Assembly (NCBI GenBank): GCA_964187785.1
Contig: OZ076409.1
Coordinates: 22,756,001 to 22,820,000, forward strand
From: Amphiscolops sp. MND2022
Taxonomy: Eukaryota
Length of the DNA stretch: 64,000 bases
Reading direction: 5' to 3'
The position numbers and the translations under genes are program-made. The notes below the pieces were generated by a model. It had not been told where the DNA came from and made no database searches. It worked only from the letters and a program-made list of their open reading frames with translations. This document shows, in pieces, positions 1 through 14,400 of the stretch. Every line of letters begins with the position of its first letter. Positions within the stretch are counted from its first letter, which is position 1.

Positions 1-1457
1 CATCTTAGTTCCTGTTTGCCAAACAGTCGACCCTTTAATCTACAAAACTGCCGAGAAGTTCTTCTTGAAAAAATTTCAATTAGAAATGTCTCTACATTTC
101 TCTGTAGAGGATTCAATTAACCCATTGGTTAGCCTATCATAAGTCTCCTCAGAAGAAGATATGGGGATAGATGATCCCCCATCTGTTATCGAAGTGGACA
201 ATTCAGACAGTGACATTGAAGTAATAGCGTGTTGTATAGAAGTACCGACCTCAAGACCACTGGGCGTTGCTGGACGCTGCATGACAACCGAGTTATCAGA
301 AGATGAAGACGAATTTTCCCTGTTCAAAGGATTGTACGGCTCATCGATTAGGGAGGTTTCAGAAAATCCACAAATAAGGCGCGTAGCTATTACTACTAGC
401 GGGATTTGGGGAAAATCCGGATCAAATCTCTCAAGGAAGTTGCATAGTATGCGGCCAATTGGCTGATACCATAAGAGAAAATTTACGTTCGATTATCTGG
501 AAAGAACCCACATGGCGGGAGAGACATACTTTGTCCGCCTCAGAAGGAGAAAGGCGTTCCAAGCAGGGATGCAAACAGGTTCTTTTGTTCTCGTACCCAG
601 GGGAGTGTCACAGGCTGCCTCCTGCGATGGTAATCAATACCAAGTTGCAGTCAGCGATCTGGATAACACGCCCCTACCTCCTGGAATGTTGCCACTCTAG
701 GCCGCGTGGACCATCAGTCCACGTTGAAAAGACTCTTATAAACTTTTAGCTCTTATAAGCCGGCCTAATACAATTTTATACCTTTATGGACCGTAGGTCC
801 GCTTGTCTAATTGCGACGTATATTCGCGTTGACATTTTGGTATTTAATTTACAAGGTTTCAATATGATTTTAATCTAGTTATCGATTTTGTGATGCATAC
901 ATTTATACATATGTTTACGTACATATATACGCATACCCAATGTAAACCAGAATAGATTGATGCTCTACGTTTGCGATAGAACGTGGTAAAATTTTGCATA
1001 GAAGGCACTGGAAAGTTCACGGGGAAACGCGTTTGAATCGTCCGGGCCGTTTTGGTCAATTCGGACAAGTAGTCCGCTAATTTAGCATCCAATCACAGTA
1101 CAGTGCTATAGTATTCATTTTTGTCTCACCTAGTTATTTTGGACTGCATGTCCGTTACATGTAAATCATATTCACTGCAATGTAAACAAATTGATGTGAA
1201 GTGATTGTAATTGGGACTTGAATGGCATGCCGCTTTTACGCCCCCCTCACTAGCTCAACCCTTTCGCGACCCAAACTGTTTCTATTTATAACCAAATGAT
1301 GTAATGATGACGTATGATCCGCAAGGACATTTCCCCTAGATTTGATCCTTTTTTCAGAAGCTTGACACCAGGAAAAGTGCTTGTCACTCTCTCCCAAGTA
1401 TTTATATGAGGGTCAGGTAGACCACAGGATGATGATCATTTTTGACGCTCTAGACTA

Positions 1458-1795
1458 GTGGACCTACTGTCTGACTTAGAAAATGTAGACGTAATGTTGG
1501 GTTTCTATTCTAGAAATGAATTAGAAAGCAATTCAGGAGATAAAAATGACGTAGTGGACTTCGAGTCCGACAGACCTAGACAAGACATAGTTCAAAAAAG
1601 CGAAGATTTCAAGTTACTTCTAAATTCAAGTAGTAGAGAAACGAGTGAATCTACCATTGAAACCATGAGACTAGTAAATTCTGAAGTTTCCAAGAAAATT
1701 GATGAATTAAAAAGGGACTTAAACACTTAATTAGTGGAAACTCTAAATTCAGTAATTAGTGAGAAAGTCTTTCCGAATATCCAGAATACTATGAC
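1458..1795 (+). mobile_element. Gag N-terminal fragment of the same LTR superfamily
   Basis: 'LLSDLENVDVMLG' matches '[13 protein letters not shown]' of the 30954 gag; in-frame stop present. Confidence 0.6.
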
Positions 1796-1979
1796 CCGTC
1801 AGAATTCTGTTGTTGTGAAACTGTCTTCGGCATTGTGAAACCTTTTTGCGGAAACAAACTTCCCAAAAGGCCCCCTTCATTTTTTTGGAGTTTTGCGACA
1901 GAATGGATGTTGTTTACATGCGTTTCGGTCAGAAAGTTGCCCCAGTGGTTTAGTGTCAAATCATTCGGTATGCACATCT

Positions 1980-4320
1980 CAAAGTTCATGAATTCACAAT
2001 TCGGATTATAAAATAACACTTTGTTGTATCAAAACCATTTGTTTGGTCAATCTAAGTCCGTTTGTAACCAACATTGGTCTCGGGGGTCAGCTTTCTCAAT
2101 AGAAGTATCCTCTGCAAAGATGGCTATTTTGCTAATATTTCCAATATGACTGGGAAAATAATTGATACCGACTGAAAACAAGAAAATCCTTTAAGGTCGA
2201 TTCTATAGGCACCTTTAGGTGTTAAAATGTAGTTTATCAATCTTGTCGTAACAGTCTGTTTATCCATTGGCTAAATAGTCTATCCAATTCCGAAGATTAG
2301 TCCTCTGTAACCATAGGCATACAGTGTTTACAAAAATATTGAATGATCTAGGGTATCGAACGCTTTCCCGAGTACGATAAAACACGCTTGACTCGCTAAT
2401 AATTTTCCAAGTTTTTCTCTTATATGTCACAGTACTGATTGCATGAATGCACGATCGGTTCTTTCGGAACTCGAATTGCTCAAAAATTTACCACAAATTC
2501 CATCATGCAATTTTGCAAAAATTTTTCAAGGATGTTTCTGATAGAACGAAACAAACTCGGCCTATAGATCTCGGGAGAAGAAGTTTTATCTCCTTTTTTA
2601 GTCGGCATTTTTTCAAAGGAGAGAGTCGACTCAAGTCATGGCTTTCTGTCAGTGTTTTTTGATACACCTGAAATGACCAAAATAGTTCTACCAAAAATTC
2701 GACAAAAAATAAAGGAAGGCGCCAAATTGTACCCGTTGGCTCATGTAACTGAAGCAAAAAAGCTTTTTCCTCGCTTCCGCGTAACGTACAAAACCGGGCG
2801 AGACCGAAGGGTTCTCCTTTTCAGTATTTTCGGCATTGTGAGATTGTTTCCAATGTTTTTTTTCACCAGAAGTTGCCCATTCAATTTGCTTGATGAATTG
2901 CGACAGATTGGATGAACAATCTCGAATTGTCCTCTCTGGTGCGTCAAATCGGTCCAACTTTTTGGTTTTTCGGGTGCTGCAGAAGACAATAATTTGACAC
3001 TTCGAAGTCCACTTTTTCTAAGCCTTAGGTATGGCGCCGAAGTGGTTCCGGAATCTTGAAAATAGGAAAAACCTTCGCTAGTTTCAGGATATCCGGAAGC
3101 TTTCTTTCCGAGAATCTCATATTAAAAACTTCAATCAAATATTTCTCAAGTACTGCAGAACAGTGTTTCAGCATTTCGTTGCTCAATCCATCATGACCAA
3201 CACTTTTCTGAATTTAGCGCGTTCCTTATTTGTGCCACTTCATTTTTGTCATAGTAAATGAGTACCATTGCTTTTCCAAAAAATTGGTACGTTTACTGAA
3301 AGATCGTATTCTGGGACAATTGATGATAGAATTCGTCCGATGGATGTGATACATTGAATAAGTGTTTTGATGTCTGGGATGACAATTTTGAGTTCTTCTT
3401 TTGTCAGTTGATGTTTCTGTGCGCGGAATATGGTTTTACTGGAGGGTTCCTGTCCGAGGTTTTTTTAGTTACAATCTCGCTCAGCATTTCTGAATAAGGA
3501 TGTAACTATATTTCTTTGTCTCTTGTACAGATCTCTAATATTTTCATCTGGCGATTGAGCCCATTGGTCAAAGAGTTTGTCTCTTTTAGGTATAGCGTTT
3601 CTGATTACATTCGTGATTGATTCATTTGAATTGTGTTGTATTTTGACAGTTGTCAAAAGACCAAACTTGTAGACGCATTCCATTATTGTTTTAAAATGTT
3701 TCAACGAAGTTATCACACTCAGGATCAAATTTTTCAACATTGTGGTATCATAGAAAAAAGAAGTTTATTGAGTTTGTGCCTTTCATTTTCCTAATTTTCA
3801 AATGTTGGTAGTTGGTACTGTGTTGATTCTAGGTATTTCGGCCAATTTTGAGTAGTGATCGCTTATCGTAGATTTGATTGTTTCATGTTCAATTTGATAA
3901 CTGGTTATCAGATGATCAATGCAAGTAGATGGCGTAGAGGTTACGCATTTAGGCTAACTGCTTTGGTTTTTGTAAAAATATGCCGAAATAAAATCTCATA
4001 GATTGTTCTATCCAGTGAGTGCTTAAGACAGTCAATTTTGAAGTCGGCCAAAAAAAAACATTATTTTATTTCAATTCACATAGGAATAGCAGAAAGTTCT
4101 CAATTTTCGACAATCTATGGGACATTTGTTGATGTGCGGTCTGTATACTAAAGAGATATTCTTCTAGTGATTGTAGCTGAACTTACTTAACTTATGCTCA
4201 TTCGATATCACTATGTTAATCGATCCGCCTTTTTGTTAGGGATTTGTGGGTGTAGAAACCCGAACCTCCTGTTCTTTTACTAGTATCCCTTGGTATTGAT
4301 AACAATGGGTGGTAAAAATT
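1980..4320 (-). mobile_element. Decayed non-LTR retrotransposon (CR1/Jockey-like) ORF2: APE endonuclease plus RT
   Basis: Minus-strand remnants GGSGFY, LVYRP, ADFKID, STCIDHL (APE) and GKAFDTLDH, IFAEDT (RT); many stops and frameshifts; interrupted by another repeat near 2600-3060. Confidence 0.75.
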
Positions 4321-7300
4321 GGCGCTTCAATAAAATTCCCGTTGTTTTGCCCGGAGCCCTGACGATAGACAAAATTAAGTTCATCACGATTATTGACCGT
4401 CGTAATTAGTACAAGCAGCTGAAAACGCTGATGATAGCGTGTTTTGTTGATGCTTTTTGAGCAAACCTGGTTTCTTCTTAGTAGATAGAATTAAAATCAG
4501 CGATGCAACTGTTAAGACCAAGTTGATCCCTGGAAACTAAAATTACTGAGTTTCACTTTTGAGCGAAATTATTATAAGATACTAAACTGGGAAACATCAT
4601 CTCGCCAAACCGGAACACCCCAAATGATTTTTATCGAAAAATATTGAGCGTAGAGACCCGAAATTTGTCGCACGTATACATGAGCTGTTGTTCTACTCAT
4701 TTATGGAGTTAAAACTGAGTTGAGGCCCTAGCCCTGGGATATCAGGACTCAAGAAAAATACATGAATTTAGATTATTCTTCATTGCGCGAGGAGAAATGT
4801 TTGTTGAGGGAACGCCGCGGGACCGGCCGCACAGGCCAGGTGGAAAAAATTCGTTTGACTTTGGCTTGGTATATCTCAAACGAACCGTAATAACGTATGT
4901 AGTCGATTGCTAGCGTGAATTTTACTCTAATTATTATCAAATCGGAAGTAACAGCCTGAAGTAAGCAAACCATACTCGAATCATGTAACTGGGATGCCTT
5001 TGACCCTAGAACTATATATCTTGGAATATAACATCTTTGGATGACTACAAACACCTTCCAGGTCACAGGCGTGCCTCAATTTTTTCTCAGGGTGCAACCT
5101 TTGACTTTATGGAGTAACGTAATATAAAACGTATAAACCAGTGGCAATTCAGTGATAATTTATACATTTTAACAAGGCGAGAAGATTCGCAGTGAATCAC
5201 ACTCCTGATGACGAAAAACTACCAAATGTTAAAAAATGTGAACCATGTATTTGAACGTGATTGAGCTATTATCCCGCCATTGCGAAATTGGAAACATCTT
5301 GGGAGACTTGAATTATCATGGAATGTGTGCTTCAACTATGAGGCAAAAAATATTTGGTTGAAGTATAACTAGTATTTTCATTATGCTATAAAAAAGAATA
5401 GGTAAACATGAAAGTGACCACTTGCAAAATTAAGATGCTAACGCACAGTAAAGTAAATGTCAAGTGTGACAGATTGTGAAAATCAGATCCTCGTGCGATG
5501 AATAAACATAATTTGGAATATAGTGGAAAAAACACAACCGAGTTAGAGCAATAAGCAAGTTGAGCTTCGAGAGGTACTGGTTCGTCGCTGGCGTCGTGAG
5601 CTTGTCTTTTGCGCTTTGACTTAGTTGGTTGAATCGGGATTAATTGTTTTTTTATGATTATTGTTACAGAACGAGATTTGACTTTTTCAAAATCAAAAGT
5701 GATTAATATGTTACTTCAATTTTTTTAGTAAATCCAAGAGAGCCGCGCTACTGGAGAGTTCTGCATAAGCGGGTACACGATAAAAACCGCCGAACTTACC
5801 AAAAGTCTTCTTTTACCTGATTGTTAGATTCTTGGGAACTTTTATCCGCTCTCGCAATCTAAAATTTATACAAATCGCTCTATGATTGTCTTTGGGAAGC
5901 TTATACTTGAATGATTTAGCTTTTTTCTGAGCTTTAAACGGGCTCTGCTTCGGGCCGTTCACGACTCGTTTTGCGTTGTATCTGGACTTTCTTTACGTTC
6001 TTTGTTACATGGGAAATGGCTGCAGGAGTACTTTGATTTGAGAATACACAAAATTTGAGGCCTAAGCGCTATGCACACCCACTTCGCCCAACACCCGAAA
6101 TACACGTTTCAACTATTTTGCTAGTTTCCCACTAAATTGAATGAGAGTTTTCCTAACTTTTGAAAATGGTTTTTGGCAGGAAATGTTGAGAAAAATCAAA
6201 AAATAAACCCCATTGAAACTATTTCAAAAATTTTATCAGTAAATCAAAATTATTATTTTTTCAATCGAAACAGCTTGTCGTTACACAAAATGAGTATTTT
6301 GTCGGGTTCTTTTGTTTTCCACCCACCACCAAAGTTTTTATGGAGAATTAGTGGAAATATTAAACAAAAACATTACGACTGTTTAGGATCCAGATATGAT
6401 TTTTTTACTCTATTTGTTCTCATAAGGTCACTCATTTATGATTAAAAAAGCATCAGCTTCATTCTCTAAGGCACAAAAAAACAGTGTTCAACATGATCAC
6501 AGTCAGGATGTGTGAAAAATGTTTTTTTTTTCAAACAAAAATCTATTCCAATTCCTGTTATGAGAAAACAATTGAGAAGTTTTGATGGTGGGGGGGTCCA
6601 GAAAAGAGATTTTCGCTTTGTTTCCAGGAAACTCGAGATGTTTGTGTTGAGTTATTAGAAACTCAGGTACATTATCATACTTATAGTTTGTTTTTTCATC
6701 TATAGGTAAACTTTTGACTTCTCGGCACTCTTCAAGAAAACTAGCAAAAAGATCAACATCTATTTCACATTCAGTCACATATAGCAACACTTTGTTAATT
6801 AATAACAACCTAAAATAATGAATGGTTTTAAACCATACAATTGAGTTGAAATGCATAATACTTCACACTTAGCGTCAATCGGAATCACTGTTTCGGATTT
6901 ACAAAGCACTGTAAACTATGCCATGGAACTATATCAAGAGGATTTCTCACAGGAGGGTCAATATTGTAGGGTGATTTTCTCAATTGGAATTTGTCCTCAG
7001 CATTTCTTCCAGGATTCAAGCTCATCTTGAGGCTTCTGTGTCAAATGATTTCAACAACTTTGTGAAAGTTAGAATTGTTCTCAATTTAATCTCAAGTATT
7101 CCATTGATGTATGTTTTGTGGACCACAAATTGTGGTATGAAATTGTTTGAAAAGGACCTATATCCAATGGCCCAGAAATATGGTGTTAGCGCTAAACTAT
7201 TCATTCTACTAAGTGAAGGGGAGAATTTTGGATACAAAAATTAAACGGTAAAGCGTCTTTTTTATACAAACATAAAATCATGTTTCAACTGTATTTCTGA

Positions 7301-7937
7301 TAATAGCATTGAGCAGCACAAAAACGTGAATTGATTCGAAATTTTAACGTTCAATATAGAAAATGCAGCAATTAATTTGTGATTACATAATTGATGTGAT
7401 TCAGCAGAAAACAAATCTATTTTTGAACTTTATTCATTTCAGCTAAAGTTCTATTTAAATAATGGAACCAATAGCGTGATAATATTGAAGAAACATAGTA
7501 TTGAATTAGCTACAAAGTATAATTCTTATGTTTAAATGTTTATTTTTCAAAATAGAGATTAATGATGAAAAACTTAAAAGCTATGCAAAGTCATAAATTT
7601 GTAGTTTTTTTTAATACATTGATCTGATAATCAAGTATTATTTACACTTACAGCACATAAAACGCCATAACTTACTCTGCAATATGGGATATGTAATGGA
7701 GGTCAACTCCTTTGTTACGTAATACCTGGGTTGATATATTAGAATCAAAATTTATGATAATTGGTAATTGCTAACTTCTTGAAAACTTAAGAACAGCGGG
7801 TCAGTTTCAGGAGTTTTTTACCCTTTTTGCCAGCAGTTTTCAGCCAGTTTTTTGCCCTTTCTTGCAAAATTGACAAAATTTTGGTTTCTACGCAATGCTT
7901 ACTTACAAGAAAGTGTTTTCAACCCGGGTAAATTATT

Positions 7938-8420
7938 TTAAGCGTGATATTCGGCAACTATGATTTGACCTGATGCTGACGCGTTGCAGCTGACCCGAAT
8001 TTCCAGACCATCTGTTGTCTTTTCGGTCATTCCATTCGTCTTCTCCGGGATCATTCTCTCCTTCTGTTCCTCCAACTGATGCTCCTCCTCATGCTTCGAA
8101 GCCTCTTTGTTCTCGCCTGCTCCTCTCTTGGTACATTTCGGGAGAAGTTTGAACACTTGTGTTCTGAAAAATTCGTTGAAGATGATATATGTGAATGGGT
8201 TTATGGCGTAGTTGAAGAGATACAAGGTGTGAACAAATAGCTTGATGCCCATTTGCATGCGCTGGGGCACAGTGATGACGAACTCCATGGGTGCCAGTCT
8301 GAACACAGCGATATACAGCGTGTAGGGAGTGCACACTATGACGTAAGCGATGGCCACCACTAGCAGGGCTTTAGTCAGTCTGAGGTCTCTTTGTAAAGTC
8401 TTGGATTTAGCTTTGTTCAC
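7938..8420 (-). CDS. GPCR terminal exon encoding TM6, TM7 and C-tail
   Basis: catcag| acceptor; CTPY and NPFTY motifs, helix-8-like 'NEFFRTQV'; TAA stop. Confidence 0.9.
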   Translation of the reverse strand: MNKAKSKTLQRDLRLTKALLVVAIAYVIVCTPYTLYIAVFRLAPMEFVITVPQRMQMGIKLFVHTLYLFNYAINPFTYIIFNEFFRTQVFKLLPKCTKRGAGENKEASKHEEEHQLEEQKERMIPEKTNGMTEKTTDGLEIRVSCNASASGQIIVAEYHA

Positions 8421-11400
8421 CTGATGAACAAAAAAATATTAGATAAAATTCGATTGTATCGCACAATCTGTTTTAATTTGATAATGGTAACTTGATGTCC
8501 GAGGTAGTACAAGTTGGCACCTTGAATGATCCTTGCAAGGAATTTACTTTTTAATAATCCAAAGGGAACAAATTTCTGGGAAATGGGTTTGCAAATTAAT
8601 ACTCCATCGACTATTAATTTCCAATCCCATTTTCGAGATAATATCAAATCGATTTGCATCAAAAGGTTAATTGAGCTTAAGCTTCATGAAGTTTTATAGC
8701 TCCAGAAAATTTCATGGGTTTGAGTTAACTTTTTGGACGACCTAATTTCGACATCATCGCACCTAGAACTTGGAAAATAGGCAGTATTTGGGGAGCCTAT
8801 ATGTATGCTGATTTTGTCCTTCGTGGTTTAAAAAATTCTACAGTCTAGCAATTTTTCAAAAGTAGGAGTGCACAGTTTAAATATGGAACTTCAGCTAGTT
8901 AGGAAGTTAAATTGTTACCTCTCTGGCTTCGGGACTGAAACTTCCTGTTCCACTTCGGTGTTCATGTTTGGCCCGGTCTGATTGGTCGGGTGACAACTCG
9001 ATCTCGTCTCCCGGTCGAAGTTCGTCTTCCACGCAGACCTTCACTTTCCGCTCCGTCACCTCCTGTTCCTGGGTACTGCCGGCATCTTTGCCAGACTTCT
9101 TGGAGCCTTTCGATGAAAACTTGATTGGGTTGGTTTCTCCTCGTTCGCCATCCGGTTGGTCTGGAACACAGGGAACGGGATGCAAAAGAAGATTGGGTAA
9201 AAAGTTGCAAAAATCTGAGGCTCACGTTAAAAAAAATTAAATAAGCCAACCAAGGATGTTTGATTAAAATCAATTGATTAAGATCATGATTAAAATCATT
9301 AAAATCAGTGGAATATTTTCATATTGTTGAATGTTGAATTGCTCCATTGGAAAGAATGTTCTCTTCGTTTGGATGGATACATAATGATCAGGGTAATCGA
9401 TTAGGTACCGAGAAGACAACGGAACTGTTATTTTGTTTCAAAGTTTTGAATTTGTAACATCTTCAAGATACAAATTTCAAGACATGAAATTATGTTTTTG
9501 ATCTAATGTTGTTTTTCAGTTGTTAGAGATAAATTTTGGAAAAAAATTATGATTTTTAAAATCAAGATCAGATTTATTTGATTTTTTTAAAAATCGGATG
9601 TTAATCCATCTCTGAAGCCAACACGTCCTGGGATGTTCCAGTAATTGCAACAAAATTGCTCCCAAGCGTGTTCAATGTAACCCAACTTAAATTTACTGTG
9701 TGAAAATGAATCTACATGATTAAGTAGAACGAAAACTCAACCACTTTCAGCGTATACTAATATTTAAATAGACTATGGGCTCTTTTTTTACTCAAACGTT
9801 CAAAAAACTAAATATTTACTTAATGGTTATACTAAGAATACTTTTAATTATTTCCAAATCTCTCAACTTACACTATTTTATTGACTTCACAAATTCATAG
9901 TAATACAAATTCACAGCTCTAATTTGTCTAATTTTTTTCCACATGAGCTATGTATCTGCTGTAAAATTAAGATTTTGCCGGATCATTTTTGTTTGTCAAC
10001 TGGATTTAGAAATGGAAAAGAAAAGAGAGTAATATTCTAAGCCTTTTTGTAAATTTTACCTGAAGTATATTTTTCACAATATATTCAGTATAAATTCACG
10101 GCTTGTAAATACAACAAGCTGAATGTACCTACTGACTTAATTTCCAAGAGTTTCTATGCATTACAAGTGAGTTCCATTTACGTTAATGGATCATAGTCTA
10201 TGCATGGAATTAAATTGCATCAAAAATGAACAAAGTGAACTAAAATAATTCTTTTGCCATGAATAAATTACAAGTTGAAGAAAAAATTTCATCTCATTAA
10301 TGGCTAAATGTATCGTTTTTCTCACTAATGACTAATGGAAAAGATACTCATAGAATAGTTTCAAAAATCGAATCATTGGGACCATTTTTAATGCGAAAAT
10401 GGGACATATTCAGCACAAACAAAACGTCAAATTTAAGAGCAAATCGATCCAAGAAGTTGAAATCTTTTCGGTAACTTTGAAATTTATTCCAATGAAAATT
10501 GCACAGATCGTGCATGAGAATATCGCAATAATTAACTAACTTGAGTATACGTCCTTTTTATGAATCCTTTAATCAATCGAAGCTATTAATAGCTTCGATT
10601 GATTAAAGGATTCATAAAAAGGACGTATACTCAAGTTAGTTAATTATTGCGATATTCTCATGCGCGATCTGTGCAATTCCATGCTGGAAAGTGCCATGAA
10701 CATGCATGAAAATGAATGTGGTTTTCATCCGGGTGAGGCATATAGCGACAACAAACCTGGGTTAGCTTGTGAATGGGGGGCGGGGCCTTCACCGTGTTTG
10801 GAGTTGCCGGGCAAAGAGGGATTGCGCAACTTCTCGGCCGCCTTGATGCTCTTCTTGAGGTTCTTGGCAGTGAGAAAGGAGAGAATTGTGATGGTAAGAA
10901 TGATGAGGATGTACGCCGTACATGTACTCACTGCATTGCATATCAAATCAAATAGCAGGCATGAACTTTCTATCTATACCAAGTGTTTCATCGGAAACTG
11001 AGTATGGCCCGAAAATAGTATTTCGAGCAATTAACGATTTTGAAAATTGAAATGGAATTTGACAATACGCTGTTTTGACTGGATTGAGATCTTTAAAGGA
11101 AGATCTTTATTATGGGTTGGTTATGGTTTCAAGTTAATAGAATCCAATACTAAAAAAAAAGAAAGAAAGAGACCATGTCTTATCAACCCCTCACGCAACC
11201 GTGGGGAGAAATAAAAAACAAGTTTCAAATACCTTCATGCCGACTTTGTTTGCGATCTAATTTTGATCCAATAAAGTAATTGATATCGACATAATCCTAT
11301 CTTTTACATCATTTCACAGTTAAAAGTTGCAATTTTTATTTTGTTGCGGAGAAAATTTGCGTTGGAAAAGGCCTTTTTAAACGATTTTAGTTTGTTCCAA

Positions 11401-14400
11401 GAGTGAATTTTGGATATTTTGGACAATAATATCAAAAAATTCGGGTATTTTTTTGCTAAAAGTGTCAAAACAGCTGTATAGACAATCCTCTAGGTATTTA
11501 CATTCATATAAAATTCTTTTATTAGTGAAATATTTTTCTTGAAGAATAAAATGTGCTTTCTTGTTGGGGATGAATTCGAAACAAGGTGTAACTTTGGGGG
11601 GGTTTCGATAAGACACATGATCCAAAGAAAGAATTCAGTGTCATTTATGAACGCATGGTAAAAAGAACAGGTTAAAAATTTATCGGATATGTGAAAATCA
11701 AGGGCGGTTTTATGGGGGGTGCTGGGAAGGCGTCCGCCTGCCCCTTTGGAAAGGTGCATGGAATGAATTGATGTCATAGCCGGTAAAATGAGCCGAGTTT
11801 TTTTCACTTTTAAATATTCAACTGGTGCTCTCGTTCCGGTGCGTCCCGCGTTTTAAAAATCCGCCCACCCGTTGAGAAAATCCTAAAACAGCTCCTGGTG
11901 AAAATGTTGAAAATATGTTAATATGTTTTTGTTCATGCCTGTCCAGTAGGTGTTGCTGACGGCGAGTATCTCCTGTTCGTAGTCTACGAGGACGTCGTGA
12001 ATGAAGAGACAAATCTGAGCGAACAGCGACGACTGTATGACGCTGATCAGCACAATCAGAGTCACCAACTTCTGCACCAGTGCACTGGAGAACACACTAC
12101 CGTACTTGATAGGGAACACCACCGCCACGAACCTAATCAGAGAAATAGACCCATACCATTTGGTATCAACAACACCTAAACGCATTCTTACATGGCTGTT
12201 CCCATTGTGAACTGATTGTGACGTCATATTTAGAAGAATACTGTGATATCAATTCACACAATCGATCGGAAAATACATGTGGGAATGCAGGATGTTATTT
12301 ACACATTGTCAAAGTTGAAAGCAAATTAAGGTTTTCTCATTAATGAACTTTTTATATTCTTCATAGTTTTCATTTTTCAACATGTTTTTAAACTGCAGTA
12401 GTCTGTAGACATGTCCTTAGTTTTTTGCTGCTGTACATTGTGTACTGTAAAAAGGGCTTTGATTGCGCAAACGTTAGCTTTTGAAGTTTGCAACGAAAAA
12501 TAAATGTAAGTTATTAAGCTGCGATGGGCAAATTTTCCTGATAGCACAATTTCAGCTGAGATGATACCTCAAATGTGCTCAGCTGCTTCTTTTTTTTTGA
12601 AGAAAGTGCCCTATATACAAGGGTGTTAAATATTGTATTGCAATATTATTCTCGGCAAAAATAAATAATTCCTATTGCTCAGGAGAAACAATAAATTATT
12701 GAACCAATGATTAAATTATTGTCAAACCGAAAACAATTATTGCCCAAAATTATCTTTTAAATCAAAGTTTAACAATTAATCATTGATTTTGTCAGCCTCT
12801 TCTCATCTCGCAAGCAATGGTTGGTTGAATATCATTTTTTCCGATAATCGGTAAACTCGTTATTGGCCAGTGCCTACTAGCATTTCTACGCATACACGTA
12901 GGCTACACCTAAAACGCATTTGCTGCAATAATTGGCTTCAAAAATAAATAATTTGTATTGCTTTTGCTCAAAAATAAATAATTGCAATTTATTTATTGCC
13001 AATTATTTTCCCGACAATTATTATTTTACCACCTTTGTCTATATATCCAAAATCTGATGCTTTTTCTATTGTTATCGATTTATGTTATCGCTTCGTTGTC
13101 GTATTCTCAGTTAAAATCGTAAAAGCAAATAAAACAAACTTTTCTCTCAAACGTAAGTTCAAAAACTGAGTATAAATAGAAACATTAATGCATTTTTGTT
13201 GTGTTGAAGTTTGTAGGTAAACAACTTTCGATATGTTTCTAATTCTGTTGTTAATTACTTCTAACCCTAGGTGAATCTGCTGGGAAGTTTATCATGGGCA
13301 TTAAGTGTTGTGTTCATGTTAAGTGTAGTGTACATGTTCGTTAAGTGTATCCCTGGTTGGAATTGCTTGATCTTTTTACGAGTTTTTGTAGGTTACCAAG
13401 CTAATTTTTCATGATTTTATAAAATTCTCAAAGAAACGTCCATGCATTAGAACTTCACTGATTCGACGTAATTTAATCAAGCTGCCTATAAAATGCATCT
13501 TGAATTTGGCGGTAATTCTTCGCCGCGAAGATTTGCAGGTTTATTGAGACGCAGTTATAATTTCGAAAGGAAAGCAGTTGGGACCCTCATCAATTTCAAT
13601 GCAAAAAACATCAGTCACATTATAAGTTTCAAAGTAGCGTCATATTCAGCGTGCTATTTGACTAACGGTGATTACATAGGGTATTCAACTGAGAAAGTTA
13701 CGCGTGAAAACCACGTGATCGCAGCTGTCAAGAAGTGGATTTTTTTCCAGTTTTATTTCAAACAGTGGAGGTTGCATTGTAATCATAGAAATTTTTCCAT
13801 GTATGGTCCCTGAATTTTCCATGTTTTGTAAAAAAAGTAGCTTGCTTGTTCCTATGCAGCATGTAAAAAGTTCAAGCAATCTCGACTAGGGACATCAAAT
13901 GTTGATAAACACTTTTAGCATGATTTTGAGAGTCTCATAGAAAATCATTCAAGAAAACTACTTCTTTAGGTATTCACTAGAGCGAAGAGGATTTATTATA
14001 ACGGTCCATGATATGACATTCGGATGTTACCGCTTCTTGTTTTCCTTTCGGAGTTTGATGTTTCAGGGAACCTTTTTCGGTAGACTTGGTAGTATCTCAG
14101 ATTGACCAAGACGGTTTATTGATGATATTTAGTCGGCGCTTTTCGTAGAAAAGCGCACACTATAGTAGTGACTTTTTCAAGACCAACGAAGTGACAGATT
14201 TTATAAGCTTTATAAGCTGACTTGAACTAACACTAAATGCCACACTACTTCTACTGGCACTTGAGATAGAGGTTAATTAATCTTTTTTGAGGTCACCTTT
14301 TACAATTTTTAGCACTATGCGACTTTTTTTCAATTTTTTCTTCATGCGGGTACTGTAGAAAAGAATACTTGACACTTTGAAGTTCTTTTGCTATTTTTGA

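Noticed and set aside
1..760. Short ORFs at the window start
   Set aside because: No recognisable domain; possibly retroelement-derived, but I cannot support a call.
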